Of a stretch of 56,971 nucleotides of DNA, positions 18,870 through 28,011 are shown piece after piece (position 1 is the stretch's first letter; each line of letters begins with the position of its first letter). The stretch lies in contig JBBRAE010000019.1 in NCBI GenBank assembly GCA_038207085.1, positions 1-56,971 on the forward strand, written 5' to 3'. Below the pieces are notes generated by a model. That model saw nothing but the letters and a program-made list of their open reading frames with translations. It was not told where the DNA came from and ran no database searches. Made by a program: the position numbers and the translations under genes. The stretch comes from Armatimonadota bacterium. Its GTDB lineage: Bacteria > Armatimonadota > UBA5829 > DTLH01.

Positions 18870-21230
18870 CTACTCCACCACCACCGCATCGACCGGGCAC
18901 ACCTGCCTGCACGTGCCACAGCGTATGCACTTATCCTGATCTATTACGTGTTTCTCGTATGGTGTCATCACAATCGCGTCCGTCGGGCACTTCTGAGCGC
19001 ACTTCGTGCAGCCGATGCACTGGTCGTTCACGCTGAAGGTGACGAGCGCTCTGCATTTTCCTGCCGGACACCTGCCCGTAATGTGTGCCTTGTACTCCTC
19101 GGGGAAATGTCGCAGGGTGGAGAGCACTGGGTTCGGTGCGGTCTGGCCCAGCCCGCAGAGGCTTGCCCGCTTCACATGGAGCGCCAACTCTTCAAGTTTC
19201 TCCATATCGCCGTCCCTGCCTTCACCGGTGGACAGCCGATCCAGAATGTCGAGCATCCTTCGCGTCCCGACCCGGCAGAATGTGCACTTGCCGCAGGACT
19301 CTTTCTGGGTGAACTCAAGAAAATACCGAGCGATGTCCACCATACAGTCGGAGTCATCGAGCACCACCAGCCCACCTGACCCCATAATGGCTCCGGCTGA
19401 TGTCAAAGTTTCGTAGTCAATTGGAGTGTCTGCCAGTTCCGCGGGGATGCAGCCGCCCGAAGGCCCACCAATCTGCACGGCTTTGAATGTTCTACCACCC
19501 GGAACGCCGCCGCCGATCTGCTCCACAATTTCGCGCACAGTGATCCCCATCGGCACCTCTATCAGCCCGCCTCTCAGGATCTTCCCGGCCAAAGCAAAGA
19601 CCTTGGTTCCCTTGCTGGTCGCAGTTCCAAGCGCCGCGAACTCCCCCGCGCCGTGCCTGACTATCCACGGGAGGAGCGAGTATGTCTCAACGTTATTCAC
19701 ACTGGTCGGTTTGCCCCAGAGGCCGCTCTCCGCTGGGTAAGGAGGTCGAATACGCGGCGTTCCGCGCTGGCCTTCTATGGACGCAATAAGGGCAGTCTCC
19801 TCGCCGCACACGAAAGCCCCAGCCCCCTCCATTATCTTCAGCTCCAGGCTAAACCCGGAGCCTAGAATGTTCTTGCCGAGAAGCTGCCTATCCTTGCATC
19901 GCTCTATGGCCTCGCGGATGCGGCGAACCGCGAGCGGGTATTCTGATCGGATGTAGAGATAACCCTCGCTCGCACCGACGGCGAAGGCCGCAATCGTCAT
20001 CCCCTCAAGCACCCTGTATGGGTATGACTCAAGCATCATCCGGTCCATAAACGCACCCGGGTCGCCTTCGTCGCCGTTGCAGATGACGTATTTCCGGTCG
20101 CCTGCAGCCGTCCGCACCATTTGCCATTTGTCGCCGGTAGGAAAGCCGGCACCCCCGCGCCCCCTCAAGCCCGATTGCTTCGCCATATCGATGATAGCCT
20201 GCGGGCTCTCTTGCTCGATGCACTTGTGGAGCGCAGCGAAACCATCGTGCGCAACATATTCGTCAAGATCAAGCGGGTCTATATGACCGCAGTGCTCCGT
20301 CGCGATGTGCTTCTGCCGCCCGATGAACGCGCAGACAGGGGCATCGCGCATGTCTAACGAAAAGCGGGTGACGGGCTCCCAGGACTCATCGGTGAGAAGA
20401 GAGTCGAGCCATGTCGCGATGCCGGTCCTGATCCTGCGGACGATTCCTCGTGGTTTGAAGTGCCGGTGCACGATCTTCCCGGCGTCACTCGGGTCAACTC
20501 CGGCGTAGACCGAAGATTCACCATCACGAGTCACGACCTCCACCAAAGGGGTCTGATGGCACATACCCACGCAGCCCACGCTCTTCACGGTGGCGAGAGC
20601 GCCGGTATCGCGCACAGCCTGCTCAAGGGCGCTTCGGACATCGGAGCTTCCACCGGCGATGCAGCACGAGCCCATCCCGATTCTTATCTCCGCAAGCCCT
20701 TCCACGCGCCGCTCCAGAAGATCGAAACGCTCCGCCACAGCACCACGCCGCTCAAGTTCCAGGAAGTCGCGCAGGGCCTTCGGAACAGTATCGGGAGTCA
20801 CGTGGCCGTAGGTCACTTCATCTATCTGCAAAACGGGGGCCAGGGTGCAGCACCCAAGACAGGACACCTGCTGGACCGTAAAGACCCCATCGGCGTCGGT
20901 GTCGTCGTCACCCGTTAGAGAGAGTTGTCGACGGATGGCGGCAAAAACCAAATCGGCGCCCTTGACGTGACATGCAGTGCCGTGACAAACGCTCACCAGG
21001 TGCCGACCGACAGGCCGATGCCTGAACTGAGAGTAGAACGAAGCGACCCCGGTGATGGCGGCGGGGGTTATGTCGGTCAGCTCGCAGACGCGCCGGAGCG
21101 CCGATTCCGGGAGATATCTGTACTCCTGCTGGATGGCCTGAAGAATAGGAATGACCGCATCCCTGGAACGCCCAAGCTTTACCACGAGCGAGTCGACGAA
21201 CGTCGGGTCTATGCCTGCAATCGCCTTCAT
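18870..21230 (-). CDS. Fused NuoE-NuoF (HydC-HydB-like) NADH/FMN-binding Fe-S protein
   Basis: VCHGTACHV..CLGCC (NuoE); thioredoxin-like GSCC..GCVGMC; GRGGAGFPTG, DEGDPGAFMDR, GAGAFVCGEE, GGPSGG, ESCGKCTFCRVG; C-terminal 2x CxxCxxCxxxCP. Confidence 0.9.
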   Translation of the reverse strand: MKAIAGIDPTFVDSLVVKLGRSRDAVIPILQAIQQEYRYLPESALRRVCELTDITPAAITGVASFYSQFRHRPVGRHLVSVCHGTACHVKGADLVFAAIRRQLSLTGDDDTDADGVFTVQQVSCLGCCTLAPVLQIDEVTYGHVTPDTVPKALRDFLELERRGAVAERFDLLERRVEGLAEIRIGMGSCCIAGGSSDVRSALEQAVRDTGALATVKSVGCVGMCHQTPLVEVVTRDGESSVYAGVDPSDAGKIVHRHFKPRGIVRRIRTGIATWLDSLLTDESWEPVTRFSLDMRDAPVCAFIGRQKHIATEHCGHIDPLDLDEYVAHDGFAALHKCIEQESPQAIIDMAKQSGLRGRGGAGFPTGDKWQMVRTAAGDRKYVICNGDEGDPGAFMDRMMLESYPYRVLEGMTIAAFAVGASEGYLYIRSEYPLAVRRIREAIERCKDRQLLGKNILGSGFSLELKIMEGAGAFVCGEETALIASIEGQRGTPRIRPPYPAESGLWGKPTSVNNVETYSLLPWIVRHGAGEFAALGTATSKGTKVFALAGKILRGGLIEVPMGITVREIVEQIGGGVPGGRTFKAVQIGGPSGGCIPAELADTPIDYETLTSAGAIMGSGGLVVLDDSDCMVDIARYFLEFTQKESCGKCTFCRVGTRRMLDILDRLSTGEGRDGDMEKLEELALHVKRASLCGLGQTAPNPVLSTLRHFPEEYKAHITGRCPAGKCRALVTFSVNDQCIGCTKCAQKCPTDAIVMTPYEKHVIDQDKCIRCGTCRQVCPVDAVVVE

Positions 21231-23257
21231 TATTTAGCACCTATACAGAACAAGTGCTTCTCGCCGCGGATATATATCCTGCCGCCGACGAACGCCGGTG
21301 TGGCATTCGTCTTCTCACCAATGGAAGACTTACCATCTTCCCTAAACGTAGGCTTCGCGTCGATTATGTGCGTCACGCCGTCTCCGTCGAGCAGATAGAC
21401 CCGCCCGTCTGCGATCACAGGGGACGATTTGAAGGGAACATCGAATGAGTGCTCCCATACCTTCTTCCCGTCCCTGGCGTCGTAGCACGTTGCCATACCT
21501 TCAGTAGATATCAGGAATAGAAGATTCCCATCGGTTGCAGGGCTCGTAATATCGGGAAGACCATCAGAAGCCTGCCACGAGACGTGAGTCTTGGTGATAT
21601 CCCCACTGCCACCTGCTTTAATGGCGGCGAGGACTGCTCCGTTGTTGCACACGTAGGACATACCCCCGGCGTGTGTGGGTGAAGGGGCGACGTCCCCGCT
21701 CATAACGTTGGCTCGCCAGAGTTCGCGGCCCAAAAGCGCGTCATATCCAATCGCCCACGGGTTTGCGTTCGTGAGGACAATTCCACTGTCACCGGACCTG
21801 ACGACTACCGGGCTCGCCCATGATCCACCTACCGGACGCTTGGTCATCCACACGATCTTGCCCGTCGCCGCTTGAAGAGCAAGCATCGCTGATTTGCCGT
21901 CCCCTTCAGATCCCTGGTCGTACTGGACGATCAGCAGGCTGCGAAACGTCGCCAGTGATGACGCGTAACCATACTGGATGTCGGGCACGCCGAGGTTCCT
22001 GCCCCAGAGACGTTTTCCCTCAAAGCTGTAGGCGAAGATGTCTCCGTTCGGAAAAATCGCGAATACGCGTTTGCCATCAGTTGCGGCAGTGGACGCGGCA
22101 TATCCGGTATCGTCAAATACATCCGGGGCATTCCCTTTTACCAGCGGCTGCACGGATTCTTTCCAAAGCAGCTTGCCGTTGTCACCGTTGAAGCAGAAGA
22201 TGGCCCGGCTTTTCTTGTCCGCGCCCGTCAGGAACACTCGGGACTGCCAGACAACGGGCGAATTCCATCCCGGAAGAGAGACCTGTGACTTCCAGACAAT
22301 TCCCTCCCCGCTCGCGCCGTTCCACTTTGCCGGGAATCCCCCCGAAGCGTCACCGCTCGCCGGTCCACGGAAGACGGGCCAGTTGGCGGCAAACTCCTCT
22401 GCTGACGGGCTGTAGTCGCTGTCGTCAAACGGAGCCTCCGGCCCAAGACCTGCGGTCTGCGGTTGTGTGCGGCCTGCAAGCGGGTTCAGTGGGAGAAGTG
22501 CGCCCAGAGCCGGGCCTGTTGTCCCTACCGGGAGAACGGGAATCGGACCTGTTGGGAGACCTACCACATTCGGCACTGCTGTCGGAGGGATTCCACCCGC
22601 CGGAACTGCTGCCACAGGCAACCTGCCAGCCATATTCTGGAGCATCGCAGGCGAGAGCCCGAGTAGTGGGTTCCGAGGTATGCCGCCACCCTGTCCCACG
22701 CCTTGCGGATTCTTCTCATATTCGCGCACAGCCTTCATGTAACCCGCAGTGAGGCTTCCACGGGAAGAAACCGTCAGATAGACGAAACCACCAACCGCGA
22801 TTGCGCCGAAAACGGCTACGGAACGCCTTCCAAGAGCCGCAAGCCTCTGGCCGTCTGCGTCAGACTCCTTTTCAGGTAATACGATCTTCTTTCGGTAATG
22901 CGCCGCCGCCGGAAGACAGATCAGCAGGCTGGCGATCCCTATCAAGAGCAGATAGTCGCCTGTGCGACCAAAGTCGAGTCGCCGCAGATACTCCCGGCGA
23001 AGGCTGATATCTACCTCACGTATCCGAGACTTGATCTTCTCGTCGCGCGGATGCCTATGCAGGTCCGCCTTGAGCGTCTTCAGAACTCTCGAACTGCGAG
23101 GGTCTGAACCCCTCAGCCCGGCATCGTTCACAAGAAGCATTCCGAGCACGAACAGACTGAAGACGGCGAACACAGCCGAAGCCTTCACAATGGAGCGAAA
23201 CATCTCCGCCGCATAGGATTCCTCTTCCGGGCCTCTTATCCTTCTCACCTCAGCCAT
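21230..23257 (-). CDS. Membrane-anchored PQQ-type beta-propeller protein with a Pro-rich linker
   Basis: Three N-terminal TM segments, a Pro/Gly/Val-rich linker, then NWPVFRGP, GWNSPVVW, YAASTAATDG and SWASPV. ATG at 23257 (overlapping the upstream gene) is preferred to 23350. Confidence 0.82.
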   Translation of the reverse strand: MAEVRRIRGPEEESYAAEMFRSIVKASAVFAVFSLFVLGMLLVNDAGLRGSDPRSSRVLKTLKADLHRHPRDEKIKSRIREVDISLRREYLRRLDFGRTGDYLLLIGIASLLICLPAAAHYRKKIVLPEKESDADGQRLAALGRRSVAVFGAIAVGGFVYLTVSSRGSLTAGYMKAVREYEKNPQGVGQGGGIPRNPLLGLSPAMLQNMAGRLPVAAVPAGGIPPTAVPNVVGLPTGPIPVLPVGTTGPALGALLPLNPLAGRTQPQTAGLGPEAPFDDSDYSPSAEEFAANWPVFRGPASGDASGGFPAKWNGASGEGIVWKSQVSLPGWNSPVVWQSRVFLTGADKKSRAIFCFNGDNGKLLWKESVQPLVKGNAPDVFDDTGYAASTAATDGKRVFAIFPNGDIFAYSFEGKRLWGRNLGVPDIQYGYASSLATFRSLLIVQYDQGSEGDGKSAMLALQAATGKIVWMTKRPVGGSWASPVVVRSGDSGIVLTNANPWAIGYDALLGRELWRANVMSGDVAPSPTHAGGMSYVCNNGAVLAAIKAGGSGDITKTHVSWQASDGLPDITSPATDGNLLFLISTEGMATCYDARDGKKVWEHSFDVPFKSSPVIADGRVYLLDGDGVTHIIDAKPTFREDGKSSIGEKTNATPAFVGGRIYIRGEKHLFCIGAK

Positions 23258-24549
23258 TCCTGCTCCTCCAGCATCTTCCTGGCTTCGGGGTCCCCGAGGC
23301 GTGCTCGCTCGACCGGACACGACCAGTAACAACGGCCACAGCCGATGCATCCAGCGGAATCGGCTTCATAATCCGGCCTTCGCCGCCTAATTGAAAGCGC
23401 TATCAGCTTGAGGCCTATCACAAGCCCCACCCAGCCGCCGAACAGCAGACTGCCGGTACGATACTTTTCCTCGATATCGAGCGCCCTCTTGTAGGCGACA
23501 GCATTCGGCTGTCCCAGTTTGTAGAAAGCTTTGCTCTGGTCGGTCATCCCCTTGACCCTGCCGTGCTCTTCCTGCCAAAGCCTCTCTGCCAGTCCCACAT
23601 TTGGGTCCACCCTTGACATCTGCACGCTCCCAAGATGCCCGAACCATGCGCCCACGGCCACCAGGACGGGCAACAGCGCGAGAAGCGCGGCGAGCCTCCC
23701 CCTGCCTTCGCGCCGCTTGACGTTCTCCCCCGTTGTCGGGACTCTTATCTCGCCAAACGGGCAGGATTCCTCGCAAAGCCTGCACTGCACGCACTGGTCG
23801 GGGGTGATTGTCACGCGCCACTTGGCAAGGGGAGCCACCAGCCGAAGGATAGCCCCGTAGGGACACAGGAAACGGCAGTAAGGGCGTCCGACTACCGTTC
23901 CAAGCAACAGAATAGCCGCGCCCAAGATCAACATCCCAGTGCTGCCGCCCAGACGGAAGAACGCCACAAATGGGTCGTACCTGCATATCAGGAAAGTGGC
24001 GCCCATCGCCGCATACAGGACCGCCGCACCCAGGTATATCCATGGCAGAAGAGCAAGCGGCTGTGCAAGCCACCCAGGGACTTTGACCGGTCTCCTCAGC
24101 ACGACATCTTGTGCCGCCCCGAGCGGACAGACAGCCGCGCAGAAGACACGTCCGAAGAACAGGGCGAACAGGAGCGGCAGAATGAAGAACACCCCCGCAG
24201 CGAGCGGCAGGGCGTAGTTGCGATCCGCAACGGCAAGCGCAATGTTCTGAATCGCGCCGATGGAGCACACGCACCCCTGACGAAAAAATCCGAAGTAAAC
24301 GAGTGAGAATATCGTGAGCGCCGCTATTCCTCGTCTGGAACGCTTCCATATCACGAGATAGGCCGCAAGGCTAAGCGCCAGCACGAGCACGCCGACGTCG
24401 ATATAGTTGAAGAAATCCGCCCGGGCAGGTGGAACAGAGGTGACCGGCAGTTTGTAGCCGTTGGTGAAGTCGGGCGGAGGAAACCGCTCGACGCCGAACG
24501 CCGCCGTTGCGGCAGCCAACATGAATAACCACTGCAAGGCTCTTCGCAT
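23245..24549 (-). CDS. Membrane 4Fe-4S binding protein (NapH/MauN/NosR C-terminal-like)
   Basis: Multi-TM; GRVFCAAVCPLG, RPYCRFLCPYG, CVQCRLCEESCP and CIGCGRCYWSCP. Confidence 0.85.
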   Translation of the reverse strand: MRRALQWLFMLAAATAAFGVERFPPPDFTNGYKLPVTSVPPARADFFNYIDVGVLVLALSLAAYLVIWKRSRRGIAALTIFSLVYFGFFRQGCVCSIGAIQNIALAVADRNYALPLAAGVFFILPLLFALFFGRVFCAAVCPLGAAQDVVLRRPVKVPGWLAQPLALLPWIYLGAAVLYAAMGATFLICRYDPFVAFFRLGGSTGMLILGAAILLLGTVVGRPYCRFLCPYGAILRLVAPLAKWRVTITPDQCVQCRLCEESCPFGEIRVPTTGENVKRREGRGRLAALLALLPVLVAVGAWFGHLGSVQMSRVDPNVGLAERLWQEEHGRVKGMTDQSKAFYKLGQPNAVAYKRALDIEEKYRTGSLLFGGWVGLVIGLKLIALSIRRRRPDYEADSAGCIGCGRCYWSCPVERARLGDPEARKMLEEQEWLR

Positions 24550-25124
24550 CAGGGGGCCTTCCGATCGTTGTTCTTCAGCAGATAAGGATCATCCGCGGGC
24601 ACCCGGACGAAGGCGTCTGCCGGACAGGCCGTAGCAATGGCGCACTGATTGCAGTTCACGCAGCGATCGTGCCGGACTTGCATGAAGAGTGAACCGTTTC
24701 CGAATGCATTGCACCCTTTGACGCAAATCCCGCAGCCGATGCAGAGTTTCTCGTCGATTACATATTCGTAGTATGGGTCCTCGATGTAAGTTCGCTTGAT
24801 GGCTCCCGTGGGGCAGAGCTGGTTCTCGGCTCCGGTGTTGAGCCCGTTTGGATCTGGCTCGAAGAACCCCGTACAGAGCTTACAGTAACCGCAAACGGCG
24901 TGAGCATGCACGCATTTTGCCGCGGATGGCCCGAGCACGCACGCACTCGCGCACTTGTCGCACGCGATGCACTTGTCCGGGTCTATCTGCCAGACCGTCC
25001 TCGGTTCGGCTTTTCCCGCTACAAGGCCCAGGCTCCCACACATTCCGATGACCCCGGCGTACCACACCCCCTGCTTCAGCAGGTCGCGACGGCTTATTTT
25101 GTTGTCATCACGTTCATTCGCCAC
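24549..25124 (-). CDS. Tat-signal polyferredoxin
   Basis: SRRDLLK followed by a hydrophobic stretch; CIACDKCASAC, CGYCKLC..CPTGA, CIGCGICVKGC and CVNCNQC..CP. GTG at 25124 has GAGGA upstream. Confidence 0.8.
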   Translation of the reverse strand: MANERDDNKISRRDLLKQGVWYAGVIGMCGSLGLVAGKAEPRTVWQIDPDKCIACDKCASACVLGPSAAKCVHAHAVCGYCKLCTGFFEPDPNGLNTGAENQLCPTGAIKRTYIEDPYYEYVIDEKLCIGCGICVKGCNAFGNGSLFMQVRHDRCVNCNQCAIATACPADAFVRVPADDPYLLKNNDRKAP

Positions 25125-25126
25125 GA

Positions 25127-25348
25127 CTATTTCCTCAATGCTCGTTTGGATGACAGCGCCTGAGGCAGACCGCACCCGGACAACTCACTGCACCTGGTGC
25201 ATACACCGTCGCTCGTACAGGTTTCATTCCGGTTCCCCGGCTTCCTGCAGACGAGCACACCCGTGCCGATGAGCAGTACGCCCGCCGCCAGCTTTCTGCC
25301 GATATTCTTGATGAACTCACGCCGGTCCTGCCGGAACTCCCTGCTCAT
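25127..25348 (-). CDS. Small (73 aa) Tat-signal Cys-rich protein
   Basis: MSREFRQDRREFIKNIGRKLAAGVLLIGTGVLVC...CTSDGVCTRCSELSGC. Its ATG overlaps the upstream stop (ATGA) and it ends 2 nt before the next start. Confidence 0.72.
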   Translation of the reverse strand: MSREFRQDRREFIKNIGRKLAAGVLLIGTGVLVCRKPGNRNETCTSDGVCTRCSELSGCGLPQALSSKRALRK

Positions 25349-26361
25349 TTTGCTGCCTTTCCATTGCTTAGGAACACCCTGACTGACTTGCTTGCCGGGT
25401 CGAGAACCAGTATCCGTCCTCGAGCGTCCGCAACAATGTCCAAACCAACCACATCTGGGGTTAGCGCCTCGCGTCCCGCCACTACGCACTGAAACACGCC
25501 GTTTGCCCCGTAAACCTTCACCCGGGGCAGGCCTTTTTCACTCGTGACGAACCGGCCATCGGGAAGAATCGCGAAGTCGGTGGGGTTGCAGCATCCGCTG
25601 AAACCGTCAATCCCGAACGATTCCTTTCCCCAGGAGCGTTTCATGCGTCCATCGGGTGTGTACAGCTCAAGCTGATGCCGTCCCGGGTTCGAGATCCAGA
25701 CGGACCCGCCCGGCGCAGCCGCGACATCGAGATGCGGGCTCGGCAGGATCAGCCCCGGAGCGTTCCTGGACGGGTCTTTTACTCCGAACATCCCTGTAAC
25801 CACTCCTTTGGTGCTGTAACGAATGACTGCGCGGTCTCCGGCGTCCGCAACCCAAACGTCCTTCACGGCTGCGGATATCGACGTGAGATAAGCTCTCTTG
25901 CTCGGGGGGCTCCAACTGGACACCAGCTTGCCGTTTCGGTCGAGCACCTCGACATGATCCTTCATGCCGACGTATATGGTTCCATCCGGCGCAACTGAAA
26001 CGCAGTAAGGCTCCGACCCAAGGCTGATATCCCGAATGTTCGCGCCATTAGACTTAAAGATGCGTATTCCGTAGTCACCGGCGACGTAAATAGCCCCGTC
26101 TTTATCGAGCGCGATGCCGCGCACATGCCCCAGACGCGTAGAAATCCGTCTGCTTTCGGTATACTGAAGCAGTTTCGGGTCGGTCTTCTGGAGCGCGGAC
26201 ATTGTGTCGCCGAAGTCGTCGACAGACGTGCGGCAGAGCCCTGTTGGGCATCGCCCGGTCGTCCCGCTGTGCCAGACGATCAGCGCGAAGACTACGGCGA
26301 CTAAGCCTACTATCAATGCCGGCATGTATAACTGTCGGAACCGTCCGATATTCTCGCTCAT
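25345..26361 (-). CDS. NHL-repeat beta-propeller protein with N-terminal TM anchor
   Basis: RGIALDKDGAIYVA, VWVADAG and FSGCCNPTDFA..DGRFVTSEK. ATG at 26361 has an AGGAGG RBS. Confidence 0.8.
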   Translation of the reverse strand: MSENIGRFRQLYMPALIVGLVAVVFALIVWHSGTTGRCPTGLCRTSVDDFGDTMSALQKTDPKLLQYTESRRISTRLGHVRGIALDKDGAIYVAGDYGIRIFKSNGANIRDISLGSEPYCVSVAPDGTIYVGMKDHVEVLDRNGKLVSSWSPPSKRAYLTSISAAVKDVWVADAGDRAVIRYSTKGVVTGMFGVKDPSRNAPGLILPSPHLDVAAAPGGSVWISNPGRHQLELYTPDGRMKRSWGKESFGIDGFSGCCNPTDFAILPDGRFVTSEKGLPRVKVYGANGVFQCVVAGREALTPDVVGLDIVADARGRILVLDPASKSVRVFLSNGKAAK

Positions 26362-26383
26362 GCCGTGAACCTCCTGAGATGCA

Positions 26384-27853
26384 TCAGTGCTTCGCCACGT
26401 CCACGCAGACCATCTTGGTAAGATCGCGCGCAATCAGCCTGCCCCCAGCGATCGCAATCGGCCCCCACGAGTCGTGACCGTTCAGGAGCCGGGCCTGTCC
26501 CAGGGGGTGAAAACCTGCGGGGGATGCGTCAGCCACGGTAAGAACCCCTGAATCGTCCATAACGTATATCTTGGCGTCGGCAATGACGTACGGTCCTATT
26601 CCAAATTTGTAGGTGCTGCCACTCGTCCACTTTTGCCGTCCGTTGAGGTCCAGGCAGGCGAGCTGCCCTCCGGGTATCACGCCGTAGATAAAACCTTTGT
26701 AGTAGATCGGCGTCTGCTGATCCGAGCCAAAAACGTTCGGAGCCAGCCTGAACACCGGCTGCGCTGTTATCTTGCCAGCCTGCATCCCAAGCCGAAGCAT
26801 CATGCTGCCAGCGTTGTAGCCACCACACAGGAATATGCGGTCTCCGCCGATCACCACCGGGGAGGGAACGTTGGCAATCTTCACGGTCCAGTCCGAAGTC
26901 TGCCAGAGGATCGAACCATCCTTCGCCGAGACGCCCGCAACTCCACCGCTGCCGCAGTAGACGTACATCCTCTGTCCGTTGAACGTCATCGGGACCACCG
27001 AGGAGTGCGTCATGGACCAGTTGTCGGGGTTCGGCGTTCGCCAGAGAACCTTCCCTGTGGCACAGTCCACTGCGATCAGCAGCGACGACCCCGCAGGGGC
27101 GATGATCGCCTTGTCTTTATCGATCAGCGGGCACTGTCCGGCGTACCATGGTGGAACTTCAGTGCCGTAATCTTTAACAAGGTCTAACATCCAGAGCATC
27201 TGCCCTGTCTGCGCGTTTGCACAGAGCACGTGACACTTTGGGCCAAGTGTGACCACATATTTACCTGAGACGGCCGGAACGGTGCGTGACATACCGTGGT
27301 TCCGCTTCACGATAACCGGATAGGAATTGCGCCACAGCTCCTTGCCATCAAAGAGCGCAAGGCACCGGAGAACATCGGCCTGCGCCTGCCTGTCATAGTC
27401 GAGGATATACACTCTGCTGTTCGAGACTGCCGCGCCTGCGTGTCCTTCTCCAACGTCGATTCCCCAGAAAAGTGACGGAGCGCTCGCCCATTTGGATGCA
27501 AGAGGAATGGTTTCGGTGCTTACGTTATCGAAGTTGGCTCCACGAAATCGCGGCCACTCGCCGGGTACGGCTTGGACCACCGCCCCGGTTGCCACAGTCT
27601 GAGCAGGCTGCGCAGTCGACCCAAGAGACGTCGCCCCGGATGCACCGAGAACCTGCCGTCCGGAATCCCGCTGCTCTGAAGCTGCATCGGCCTGATCCTG
27701 GCCGGGCACCCGCTTCACGACTCTGGCCGCCTTCTGGTTACTGCTGAACCAGAACATCAGCAAGAATGCGCAGAGTGCAACGGCGATCCCGGGTATGACT
27801 TTGGCGACTGCAACCGATCTCATTGTCTGATCAGTCAGCCTTTCTATAATCAC
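26384..27853 (-). CDS. PQQ-type beta-propeller protein with N-terminal TM anchor; first gene of the left arm
   Basis: EWPRFRG, GEGHAGAAV, SRTVPAV and DSWGPIAIAGGRLIARD. The start may be ATG at 27823. Confidence 0.85.
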   Translation of the reverse strand: MIIERLTDQTMRSVAVAKVIPGIAVALCAFLLMFWFSSNQKAARVVKRVPGQDQADAASEQRDSGRQVLGASGATSLGSTAQPAQTVATGAVVQAVPGEWPRFRGANFDNVSTETIPLASKWASAPSLFWGIDVGEGHAGAAVSNSRVYILDYDRQAQADVLRCLALFDGKELWRNSYPVIVKRNHGMSRTVPAVSGKYVVTLGPKCHVLCANAQTGQMLWMLDLVKDYGTEVPPWYAGQCPLIDKDKAIIAPAGSSLLIAVDCATGKVLWRTPNPDNWSMTHSSVVPMTFNGQRMYVYCGSGGVAGVSAKDGSILWQTSDWTVKIANVPSPVVIGGDRIFLCGGYNAGSMMLRLGMQAGKITAQPVFRLAPNVFGSDQQTPIYYKGFIYGVIPGGQLACLDLNGRQKWTSGSTYKFGIGPYVIADAKIYVMDDSGVLTVADASPAGFHPLGQARLLNGHDSWGPIAIAGGRLIARDLTKMVCVDVAKH

Positions 27854-27949
27854 AATAGGCAGACAAAAGGGTTACTTTCAGTGGCAACTAATGCGGCAAG
27901 CTGTTAGAAGTGACTGGACGACCATGCGCTATACAGCCCATCTCTACAA

Positions 27950-27982
27950 TGTTATAATAGGATAAGAATAGAACTCTGTCAA
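27950..27982. promoter_or_regulatory. Overlapping divergent sigma70-like promoters
   Basis: Minus strand: TTGACA (27982-27977), 17 nt spacer, TATTAT (27959-27954). Plus strand: extended -10 TGtTATAAT (27950-27958). Confidence 0.6.
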
Positions 27983-28011
27983 GGGAGCTTGGTTCGCGTT
28001 CTCGATTTTCT

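Noticed and set aside
17310..21230. Calling these genes respiratory complex I (nuoEFG) or an [FeFe]-hydrogenase
   Set aside because: There are no other nuo genes and no H-cluster motifs, and the partner has a GltD-like insert.
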